A DNA stretch of 63,884 bases, filler included, from Octopus bimaculoides (taxonomy: Eukaryota): the NCBI RefSeq assembly GCF_001194135.2. It is 6 parts of 6 records of this genome, joined end to end, with 100 filler letters (N's around TTAATTAATTAA, not from the genome) between each part and the next. Parts side by side here need not be neighbours in the genome. Positions count along the whole stretch, not along the records: positions 62,262 to 63,884 come from NW_026423814.1; 5 more parts are not named here. The stretch is one strand, 5' to 3'. This document shows, piece by piece, positions 63,582 through 63,884 of the stretch. The number at the start of each line of letters is the position of its first letter. The first letter of the stretch is position 1. The position numbers and the translations under genes were made by a program. The notes beneath the pieces were generated by a model. The model saw nothing but the letters and a program-made list of their open reading frames with translations, ran no database searches and was not told the DNA's origin.

Positions 63582-63818
63582 CAACGCAGTGAGCTGGCTA
63601 AGTCGTTAACGCGTTAGAAACACTGCTAAGCGCCCTTTTTTTCGGTGGCTTTACGTTCTGATTTCGATTTCCCGCAGGTATCAACTTTGCCATTCATCCT
63701 TTGGCGGGGACGTGAATTGTTTGCCTGGTGCCAAAATTTGAATCTATTGTTATGAAAGGCTGCGAGTTGGCACAATCCTTAGAACACCTGACAAAATGCT
63801 TAGCGGCATTTCTTACGT
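63582..63818 (+). mobile_element. Two consecutive degenerate SINE family B copies
   Basis: gcagtgagctggctaagtcgttaac...tacgttctgatttcgatt, then aaggctgcgagttggcacaatccttag...aaaatgcttagcggcatttc. Confidence 0.6.
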
Positions 63819-63884
63819 CGCTGGTGGCAGCTACCCCCCTTCTTATTGGTAGCGCTGTTCTTTTTTTCTTTAACCTTCATATTT

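Overview
AT-rich eukaryotic DNA, saturated with repeats, with roughly a tenth of the window in N gaps. The heavy (TA)n/(CA)n/(TACA)n load and the SINE families resemble a coleoid cephalopod such as Octopus (inference, no database check). Almost all long ORFs in the track are microsatellite or N-run artefacts, and no intact host gene can be supported. Recognisable content: decayed Tc1/mariner elements of several catalytic types (DD34D mariner, DD37D maT-like, DD41D rosa-like, and a Tc1 family with inferred DD36E spacing in two copies); Penelope-like retroelement (PLE) fragments of two types; R4/Dong-like and RTE LINE fragments; three tRNA-derived SINE families; and several hairpin MITE/foldback elements. 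Most worth a second look: hammerhead-ribozyme-like cores in repeats, a (TAACCC)5 tract that replaced 33 nt inside a Tc1 copy, a 640-bp foldback, an inversion with duplicated breakpoints, three C2H2-like fingers at a LINE-like 3' end, and a weak candidate spliced gene with a signal peptide. All alignments and translations were done by eye. I found no new biological system that I can claim with confidence.
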